Below, piece after piece: positions 56,483 through 64,000 of a stretch of 64,000 bases of DNA (its first letter is position 1; each line of letters opens with the position of its first letter). The position numbers and the translations under genes were made by a program. The notes beneath the pieces are model-generated. The model did not search any database. It was given only the letters and a program-made list of their open reading frames with translations, and was not told the DNA's origin. Source of the stretch: a phage; sequence record PQ724394.1; one strand, written 5' to 3'.

Positions 56483-56558
56483 TGGTCGAGACAGTAGGGA
56501 TCGAACCTACGACCCAGGACTTAGAAGGTCCTTGCTCTTCCTTCTGAGCTATGCCTCG
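56483..56558 (-). tRNA. tRNA-Arg (anticodon TCT)
   Basis: Hand-folded cloverleaf: 7-bp acceptor stem, D arm GCTC/GAGC, anticodon loop CTTCTAA, T arm GTAGG-TTCGATC-CCTAC, CCA encoded. Confidence 0.8.
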
Positions 56559-56562
56559 TATT

Positions 56563-56637
56563 TGGCGGACATGCATGGATTCGAACCATGGACCAATTGA
56601 TTAACAGTCAACTGCTCTACCGCTGAGCTACACATCC
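56563..56637 (-). tRNA. tRNA-Asn (anticodon GTT)
   Basis: Hand-folded cloverleaf: acceptor stem with two G-U pairs, D arm GCTC/GAGC, anticodon loop CTGTTAA, T arm CATGG-TTCGAAT-CCATG, CCA encoded. Confidence 0.75.
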
Positions 56638-56641
56638 GAAT

Positions 56642-56715
56642 TGGTGGCCCTGGGTGGAATCGAACCACCATCCAGCGATTATGAGTCGCTCGCTTGACCG
56701 TCCAGCTACAGGGCC
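56642..56715 (-). tRNA. tRNA-Met or Ile-lysidine (anticodon CAT)
   Basis: Hand-folded cloverleaf: perfect 7-bp acceptor stem, anticodon loop CTCATAA, T arm GGTGG-TTCGATT-CCACC, CCA encoded. Confidence 0.75.
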
Positions 56716-56783
56716 TTAATTCTATTATGAAAGGCTCTTTGAGGGAAGAACCTTTGGTAATAGAGGGTATTAATGATAGAGTA

Positions 56784-56810
56784 ATAATATCACATAATTC
56801 TTAAAGCATA
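56784..56810 (-). promoter_or_regulatory. MotA-type promoter candidate upstream of tRNA cluster
   Basis: TATGCTTTA box, 12-nt spacer, TATTAT; oriented toward the tRNA genes. Confidence 0.35.
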
Positions 56811-57085
56811 TTAATGTAATCAAGTTTAATAGAAGCAATCTTCAAAGGATTTTTAAAGATGTCGTATTCGACCAACCCATTTTCATTTGCCGTATAAAAA
56901 GTAAAGTTAACAGAATTATAGCGTTGGCTGTTAACTTTGAGTTTAACATCGCTTGAACTACGGCCAATATTAACCTGTTGAACATCAAGCACAGCATCTT
57001 TGCCGTAATTTCGAATCAACAACTCAGCTGCAACCTGATCGGATTTATAGCCATTCTCTGGATTAGTAACCTTAACGTATAACAT
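56801..57085 (-). CDS. hypothetical protein (94 aa)
   Basis: ORF. Confidence 0.4.
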   Translation of the reverse strand: MLYVKVTNPENGYKSDQVAAELLIRNYGKDAVLDVQQVNIGRSSSDVKLKVNSQRYNSVNFTFYTANENGLVEYDIFKNPLKIASIKLDYINML

Positions 57086-57490
57086 TTAACCCTCGTCTAC
57101 AATAGTGTGGGTATTGGCATTAACAATCTGCCACCAGCCAAAACGATTAGAACCGTAAAGAGGCTTATTCTCGTTTTCTTTAATGATATCGCGCAGTTCA
57201 TCTTCAGAGAAGGCTTTAGCGATTAAATCAGTATACCCACCGCGTGGATAATAATTATCACCCGCAAACAAAAGGAAATTTACCTTTCCGGAAGGAACAT
57301 ATGCTTCCTTAGGATACTTGTTTCCTGCATGGTCTACCACTTCAATATAACGGTAAGGAATATCAGTACTTTCAACCCATTGCCATGCTGCAGCAGGGGA
57401 TTCAAAAGCATCTACACCTAAACGATTATCTTCATCTTTAGACGGATTATTTTCGTAATCCGCATATACATAATATTCAATGTTCATCAT
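57086..57490 (-). CDS. hypothetical protein (134 aa)
   Basis: ORF. Confidence 0.45.
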   Translation of the reverse strand: MMNIEYYVYADYENNPSKDEDNRLGVDAFESPAAAWQWVESTDIPYRYIEVVDHAGNKYPKEAYVPSGKVNFLLFAGDNYYPRGGYTDLIAKAFSEDELRDIIKENENKPLYGSNRFGWWQIVNANTHTIVDEG

Positions 57491-57672
57491 TCACCTTTAG
57501 AGATTTTATCCATAACGAAAGAGATTGAACCAATTAAGAATGCCACTACTAAAGAGATTGTATTCTCGGAAGTTGTAAGCAAATCCAACATGAATCCTGC
57601 AAACATACTAAAGCCAAAAGCAGTAACGGCGGCCAGTGCAGTAACATTTCTAATTAATTCACAACGTTTCAT
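57487..57672 (-). CDS. hypothetical membrane protein (61 aa)
   Basis: ATG at 57672; early promoter cassette upstream. Confidence 0.4.
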   Translation of the reverse strand: MKRCELIRNVTALAAVTAFGFSMFAGFMLDLLTTSENTISLVVAFLIGSISFVMDKISKGE

Positions 57673-57707
57673 TTTATTCTCCAATCACTCATTTGTTTTG
57701 ATAGGTC

Positions 57708-57737
57708 TATAGTATCATGCCTATAGACCTTGTAAAC
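57708..57737 (-). promoter_or_regulatory. early promoter cassette
   Basis: Conserved motif copy upstream of 57487-57672. Confidence 0.6.
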
Positions 57738-57749
57738 ATCTTTTTTAAA

Positions 57750-58004
57750 TTATTTTAGGTCTTCTAGACGTTTCTTCATCTTAGAGCCATTCTTAGCAAT
57801 TTCGCCAGCGTCTGAACATAGAGCCAAAAGGGCTTTAACTTTAGTCTGGTCACCTTTAAAGGAACTCGGGTCAACAGAATCAGCAAGTTCTTTAATACGC
57901 GCGAACAAACGTTCGGCTTCAGCTAAAGCAGTACCAAGTTTTACTTCCATACCGTGTGAGGATTCGGTTAGAGGTTGCGCAGAAAATTCTTGATAAGTTT
58001 TCAT
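57750..58004 (-). CDS. internal-protein-like protein with capsid targeting leader
   Basis: N-terminus MKTYQEFSAQPLTE|S. Confidence 0.5.
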   Translation of the reverse strand: MKTYQEFSAQPLTESSHGMEVKLGTALAEAERLFARIKELADSVDPSSFKGDQTKVKALLALCSDAGEIAKNGSKMKKRLEDLK

Positions 58005-58022
58005 TTTGTTCCTTAGTTTAAA

Positions 58023-58924
<902 letters not shown>

Positions 58925-58932
<8 letters not shown>

Positions 58933-59686
58933 TTTTATTTCCTAATAATTTATCAATAGTAGTGTATAGTTCAGAAAGAGTGCCGTTATTTTCAACAACA
59001 ACGTCACCAGGTAAAATTGGTAGACCCGCTTCAGTGATGTGCGAGTCTTGTACTTGACCGGTTTCAGCGCGAACTACATGAATAATCGTAGCACCCATCG
59101 CTCTGAGCGAATCAATTTCGTGTGTTTGACGAACATCAGGTACGACATAGTATTTCGCATCAGAGTATATTTTATCAAAATAGTCTAAAGCGAACAACTT
59201 AACCCAATACATCTTATCAAATTGGTTAACAATAATATCAGTCCCAAGGGTCTGCATGAGACGACGTACTGACCAATTGTTATTTTTATTTATTACTTCA
59301 AATAGCTGGTCTTTTGTTTCTTCAGACAGATATTGGACCGGGGTAAGACCATAATGATACGCGGTAAGAACATCAATTCCCGGAATAGGAAGGATATTAT
59401 TCAGCTTAACAATAGCATGTTCAAAAATATCAACCACATCATACGGTTTTAAAGGAATGATTTCTTCACGGTCATAACCGATACCTTCAAAACAATTAAA
59501 ATCTAATTTAGGCATATAGCTACGGTCGAATACAGGGTCATCAGATATGTATTCATAAGCTTCAGCCAGATACTTTTTAATAGGACCTGCGAGTTGGAAT
59601 TTTACGGAATCCATATTTTCAATTACATAGTTAGCAACGGTATCCTTACCGCTACGTTTGATTCCTACAATTGATATTAGTTTCAT
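58925..59686 (-). CDS. 1: deoxynucleoside monophosphate kinase
   Basis: P-loop GIKRSGKDT; similarity to T4 gp1. Confidence 0.9.
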
Positions 59687-60276
59687 TATTTTCTCATAGA
59701 TGGATGCATAGACATACGAGCCACACGTTGTTCGGCATACGAATCAATTTGTGGACGACCTGTAACTATTGTACCATCTATTTCTACAGCAAACGACTTG
59801 AAGTTGAATGTTGCTGTAGCGATTATAGCAGGGTCGGAATCTTCTTTATAAGAGTACTGAATCTCGGAAAGGTCGGATGGCCAACCGCCGTAGTAATGAA
59901 TGCTCATTACGATTTTCTGTTTGTTGTTATCAAGAATGTGGAGGGTAATCGCTTCAGGCAAGCCTTTAGGGTGCCAGGCTTCAGATTCATGTGTTACATA
60001 ATTGTTTAATGATAGCATCCATTTATAAACGTCCATCCATGATTTCAGCTCACGGTCTACAAGAAAGTTTACAATCAAGGGGTCGAATTCTACTGTAGAA
60101 CCTGGCAGCTTAGCACGATGTATGCCCTGGGTCGATCCAGGGACGTCTGAGATAGGAATATGGATACCCGGTAGTGTTACATCTTGCACGTTCAATTTGA
60201 ATGACTGCGTCATTCCTGAGTCACTAACCTCTAAGATAAAGTTGGTAGTGTTAGTTTGGTTAAATAAACCGTTCAT
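59686..60276 (-). CDS. 3: gp3-like tail completion / sheath stabiliser
   Basis: Position between genes 1 and 2; start at ATG 60276 with AGGAA RBS. Confidence 0.5.
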   Translation of the reverse strand: MNGLFNQTNTTNFILEVSDSGMTQSFKLNVQDVTLPGIHIPISDVPGSTQGIHRAKLPGSTVEFDPLIVNFLVDRELKSWMDVYKWMLSLNNYVTHESEAWHPKGLPEAITLHILDNNKQKIVMSIHYYGGWPSDLSEIQYSYKEDSDPAIIATATFNFKSFAVEIDGTIVTGRPQIDSYAEQRVARMSMHPSMRK

Positions 60277-60361
60277 AGGATTCCTATATTGCTTAAGTCC
60301 TAGCCAGTGTATAATGGTCCTAGGTCTGTTCCATTCAATAACTGGCTGGGATAATAGATTA

Positions 60362-61189
60362 TTATGCGTTCTTCCATACTTTCTGAGCTGAGTAACGCTT
60401 ACCTTTAGACATGAATTGCTGAAGCGGAAGCATGACCACATTAGCCCAATCAGAAGGTTTTATTTCTACTAAAGGACCCTTGATATTTCCAGGGATATAA
60501 GCCTTAATCATCACGTCAGCGCCAGCGAATCCTTTTACCTTACTCCAATCGATTTTTAATTTAGTCGAGTTCGTAATGGTAGGTGTACTCGCGTATTGCT
60601 TCAGCAATTCTTCTAGAAATTGTTGGCGCGCTTTAGGCGGAATATAGTGTAAGTTCAACCCGTACATCAGATTATGCTTACCAAGTCCAAGATAAATGAT
60701 TAAAGGATATTTGTCCCAGTAGGGTAATGTGTCCTTGTGTTTAGCATCATAGATATAAGCATAAAGCTTGCCAGGAGATGGTTTAGATACCTGGTGTCCA
60801 CGAATTCCTTTCTTTAATGTTTCTGTAAACCATTTAGCTGATTTATTGTTTACAGCAGCGCCTTCGTTAGCAATCTTATCACGAATACTCTTTCTAAAAC
60901 TATTCACCAAAATTAATTGACGTTCGGCTTTGGTCAATTTATTGCCAGGTTTCTTCTGGAGTTTTTCGACCTGTACAGCAGTTTTAATTCGACTAGAATA
61001 TCGAGACATCGCAGATGTAAAGCTAGAATACTTAATGCCTTTATCTTCAGCGAATTTCTTAGCCGAGACACCTTTGGCCTTAGCTTTGGCATATTCAACA
61101 CCTAAAGCTATCCATTGTTGCTCTGAACGAGTAGGCTTAGAACCTTTTGTGGTTTCAGTAGCCTCATTGATGTAGGAAAATATACTCAT
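60362..61189 (-). CDS. 2: gp2-like DNA end protector
   Basis: 275 aa; ATG overlaps gene 4 stop (ATGA); position. Confidence 0.6.
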   Translation of the reverse strand: MSIFSYINEATETTKGSKPTRSEQQWIALGVEYAKAKAKGVSAKKFAEDKGIKYSSFTSAMSRYSSRIKTAVQVEKLQKKPGNKLTKAERQLILVNSFRKSIRDKIANEGAAVNNKSAKWFTETLKKGIRGHQVSKPSPGKLYAYIYDAKHKDTLPYWDKYPLIIYLGLGKHNLMYGLNLHYIPPKARQQFLEELLKQYASTPTITNSTKLKIDWSKVKGFAGADVMIKAYIPGNIKGPLVEIKPSDWANVVMLPLQQFMSKGKRYSAQKVWKNA

Positions 61190-61635
61190 CCTTTCCATCC
61201 TAATTTTTTCAGTGAGTTTTCAGTTATCAATCTAAAATTGATTCCCATTTTATCTGCTGTAGCTTTAGCAGCTTTCCATTTATCTTTATTTACACTCCAT
61301 GTATAATGTTCATTGATATATCTCTTTTTAGCAGCTGTAGTCATTTTAGCAGGAGCCGCCGGAGGATGGGTTTCTTTAAAAGGTTTGACTTCAAAAAAGA
61401 ATTGTTGGCCGTTATCAAACTTAACCCAGAAGTCCATAAAATATCGACGTTTCTTTCCATCAGCATTACTAAAATACGGAATAACTACCTCTTCAGAGTT
61501 CCATTGGACTACGTTAGGATGATTGTCAAGCCAACGCATGAGCCATGCTTCCCATGAGGAACGATATTGGATTTTCTTCCAGTCACCTTTATATTTTTGT
61601 AAGTTGGTAGGTTTAAATTTCCCTGAGTAAGCCAT
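61186..61635 (-). CDS. 4: head completion protein
   Basis: 149 aa; MAYSGKF...NVV.W.SE...[10 protein letters not shown] pattern like T4 gp4; divergent late promoter upstream. Confidence 0.7.
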   Translation of the reverse strand: MAYSGKFKPTNLQKYKGDWKKIQYRSSWEAWLMRWLDNHPNVVQWNSEEVVIPYFSNADGKKRRYFMDFWVKFDNGQQFFFEVKPFKETHPPAAPAKMTTAAKKRYINEHYTWSVNKDKWKAAKATADKMGINFRLITENSLKKLGWKG

Positions 61636-61646
61636 AGTTGCCTCCT

Positions 61647-61654
61647 TATAAATA
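61647..61654 (+). promoter_or_regulatory. late promoter (TATAAATA) for gene 53
   Basis: TATAAATA 28 nt upstream of the gene 53 ATG. Confidence 0.65.
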
Positions 61655-61661
61655 TTAATAT

Positions 61662-61669
61662 TATTTATA
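61662..61669 (-). promoter_or_regulatory. late promoter (TATAAATA) for gene 4, divergent from the gene 53 promoter
   Basis: Reverse-complement TATAAATA 27 nt upstream of gene 4 ATG. Confidence 0.6.
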
Positions 61670-61681
61670 CTCGGAGGCCCT

Positions 61682-62284
61682 ATGCTCTTCTCATTTTTCG
61701 ATCCTATCGATTACGAATCAAAAACAGTCAAGCCAGATTCCGGCTCATTAACAAATGCCGATGTATTGAGCGTGCCGATGACTGATATATTTAGAAATTA
61801 TAAAGAATATTTTGATAGAGTGGCTAAAAATTATACACTAAAAACTTATTATATCAATGGAGCCCCGCGTCCGGAAGAATTAGCCCATCTTCTTTATGGC
61901 AATGTCCAATTATATTGGGTTTTACTGATGTGTAATAATATATACGACCCGTATTATGGATGGATTACTGGTCAAGAAGCCGCCTACCAAGCAGCCATCC
62001 AAAGATATTCTACAGCTGGTGGAAACCAGGTCCTTTACCATGTAAACGAAAAAGGCGAGAAATTCTGGAATCTTGTCAACACACCAGAAAATCCGTATAC
62101 TTGGTATGATAAAGGCGATACAGAAAAACGTTATCCTCAATACGAAGGCCCATTGGCCGCAGTAGATATTTACGAGGATGCTATTCGCAAAAATGAATAT
62201 AAGCGCGAAATAAAAATTATAGACCCTAATGATATTGAGTCTTTTATTTCTGCTCTTATTCGTGAAATGGAGAAAGCCCTCTAA
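61682..62284 (+). CDS. 53: baseplate wedge protein
   Basis: 200 aa; plus strand; TATAAATA 28 nt upstream; similarity to T4 gp53. Confidence 0.75.
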   Translation: MLFSFFDPIDYESKTVKPDSGSLTNADVLSVPMTDIFRNYKEYFDRVAKNYTLKTYYINGAPRPEELAHLLYGNVQLYWVLLMCNNIYDPYYGWITGQEAAYQAAIQRYSTAGGNQVLYHVNEKGEKFWNLVNTPENPYTWYDKGDTEKRYPQYEGPLAAVDIYEDAIRKNEYKREIKIIDPNDIESFISALIREMEKAL

Positions 62285-64000
62285 TGATTAACATGTCTGA
62301 TAATTTAAGTTGGTTCGTCGGTGTAGTTGAAGACCGAATGGACCCACTCAAACAGGGCCGAGTACGCGTACGCGTCTGGGGTATGCATCCATATGAAAAA
62401 GTACAAGGTCCCGTAAAAGGTCTTCGTACAGAAGATTTACCATGGATGTCGGTATTAATGCCTACATCTTCTGCCTCTGTTTCAGGTATCCAAACCGCTA
62501 TGACTGGTATGGTCCCAGGTACACAAGTTTACGGACACTTTCTTGATAAGTGGAAATTAAACGGGCTTGTCCTCGGCACATACGGTTCGGCTTCAAAACA
62601 AAAGGCAAATCCAAACGAAGGTTTTAGTGACCCAACAGGACAGTATCCGCTTTATTTAGGTAATGATGCCGCTGCACTAAACCGAGGTGGTGAAGTTGGA
62701 TATGATGCCACTTCTAACGTAATACAAGATGCAAACACTGATGTAGGTATTAATCCGGATGGATTAGATTTAAGCCAAGTTAAGCCTGATGATAATCCTA
62801 ATTTCACAATAGAAAACATGCTTCATCGTGATGAGGGTCTTCGTCTGAAGGTATATTGGGATACCGAAGGATACCCTACTATTGGTATAGGTCACCTTAT
62901 TACACCACAACCTATTAGAGATATGAATCAGATAAACAAAATATTATCTAATCAAATAGGCCGAGAAGTTAAAGGTAACCCTGGTGCAATATCAATGGAC
63001 GAGGCTTCCAAGTTATTCCAAGAAGACCTTAAAAAAGTTCAAAACGATATAGGTAGGCATAGTGTTGTAGGTCCTGTTTACAATAAAGAAAACCGTTCAA
63101 GACAAATGGCCCTTGAAAACATGGCTTTCCAAATGGGTTTAGGTGGGCTTGCTAAATTCCGTGGTATGCTCAGTGCAATGCTAATAGGTGATTATAAAAA
63201 GGCATTTGAGGAAGCTCGCAATTCAGTATGGTTCAACCAAACTAAAGGCCGAGCATCAAGGGTATCAATGATTATCCTTACAGGTAATATGGAATCATAT
63301 GGTATTATGGCCCCTAAAGAAAGAGAATTTAATGGCCGTTCTTATAGGATGATTCAAACCTTTGCAGCCCCTACAAATTCTGACCCTGCCGACCCGTGGA
63401 CCCCGGAAGATACAAGGATTCTTTTTAAAGAGCCGGATTCTAGTTATAAAGGCGAATACCCGTATGTCCAAACCATGCAAACTGAAGGTGGGCATATCCA
63501 AGAATTCGATAACACCCCAGGGCAAGAACGTTACCGATTAATCCACCCTACAGGTAGTTACGAAGAAGTCGCTCCTGACGGACGTAAAACTTCTAAGACA
63601 GTAGCCGATGGGTATTATATGACCCAAGGCGATTCTAATACTTATGTCGGCGGTAATAATAAAGTCAATATAGGTGGTGATGAAACCTATTATAATATGG
63701 CAAACGTTCGACGTCAAACTGACGGTTCTGAAAGCATCCATATTCGTGGTAATGAAACCAAAACAGTAGAAGGCGACGGGACCCTTATTGTTAAAGGAAA
63801 TGTTACGGTTATTGTTGAAGGCAATGCCGATATAACTGTTAAAGGTGATGCAAAAACCTTAGTCGAAGGCAACCATGATTATACAGTAAATGGAAATGTT
63901 AAGTGGTCGGTAAACGGAAACGTCGATATGACTGTTGCCGGTAATTGGTCTGAAACTATGTCGACTATGAGTTCTATTGCGTCCGGTCAATATACTATTG
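62284..64000 (+). CDS. 5: baseplate hub / tail lysozyme gp5, partial (continues beyond window end)
   Basis: ATG overlaps gene 53 stop; N-terminus NLSWFVGVVED...DLPW like T4 gp5; no stop before window end. Confidence 0.7.
   Translation, partial: MINMSDNLSWFVGVVEDRMDPLKQGRVRVRVWGMHPYEKVQGPVKGLRTEDLPWMSVLMPTSSASVSGIQTAMTGMVPGTQVYGHFLDKWKLNGLVLGTYGSASKQKANPNEGFSDPTGQYPLYLGNDAAALNRGGEVGYDATSNVIQDANTDVGINPDGLDLSQVKPDDNPNFTIENMLHRDEGLRLKVYWDTEGYPTIGIGHLITPQPIRDMNQINKILSNQIGREVKGNPGAISMDEASKLFQEDLKKVQNDIGRHSVVGPVYNKENRSRQMALENMAFQMGLGGLAKFRGMLSAMLIGDYKKAFEEARNSVWFNQTKGRASRVSMIILTGNMESYGIMAPKEREFNGRSYRMIQTFAAPTNSDPADPWTPEDTRILFKEPDSSYKGEYPYVQTMQTEGGHIQEFDNTPGQERYRLIHPTGSYEEVAPDGRKTSKTVADGYYMTQGDSNTYVGGNNKVNIGGDETYYNMANVRRQTDGSESIHIRGNETKTVEGDGTLIVKGNVTVIVEGNADITVKGDAKTLVEGNHDYTVNGNVKWSVNGNVDMTVAGNWSETMSTMSSIASGQYTI

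Noticed and set aside
56205-56576. 123-aa minus-strand ORF and overlapping 96-aa plus-strand ORF (56257-56547) from the six-frame track
   Set aside because: They span the tRNA genes and the tRNA-like structured region; the translated sequence is low-complexity and lacks an RBS.
545-57737. Recurring about 45-nt motif as a possible CRISPR array or dispersed repeat family
   Set aside because: Copies are dispersed, oriented with genes, positioned 10-40 nt upstream of start codons and contain -35/-10 hexamers; interpreted as promoter cassettes.

Overview
This window reads as a contiguous segment of a T4-like (T-even, Straboviridae) Escherichia/Shigella phage genome, closest among phages I recognise to the RB69 lineage; the DNA polymerase is RB69-like rather than T4-like. 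All assignments are from reading translated ORFs and sequence motifs by eye; no database search or folding program was run. Gene order is collinear with the T4 early and middle region: modA/modB-like, soc, 56, 61, sp, dmd, 41, 40, uvsX, 42, imm, 43, regA, 62, 44, 45, rpbA, 46, 47, 55, 49, nrdC, rI, tk, regB, denV, e, nudE, a tRNA cluster, internal-protein genes, 57B, 57A, 1, 3, 2, 4 on the minus strand, then 53 and the start of 5 on the plus strand. Embedded in this backbone are accessory islands. The most striking is a translationally coupled cluster beside the dCMP-hydroxymethylase gene (10311-14515) that replaces T4 beta-glucosyltransferase and looks like an activated-sugar or DNA-hypermodification pathway; alpha-gt is also absent between 47 and 55. 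Other accessory content includes an ADP-ribosylation toolkit (ModA/ModB-like paralogs, an Arr-like H-G-S candidate, a macro-domain protein), a 2H phosphoesterase at the 57B position, a nucleotidyltransferase/AAA ATPase pair, a five-gene tandem family with a conserved C-terminal tail, and four internal-protein-like genes with capsid-targeting leaders. A near-identical promoter cassette (GTTTAC-N17/18-TAnnAT) recurs at least 16 times, alongside hairpin terminators and TATAAATA late promoters. Three tRNAs (Arg-TCT, Asn-GTT, Met-CAT) were folded by hand. Start codons were chosen by RBS and context and may be off by a few codons; promoter and small-ORF lists are not exhaustive.
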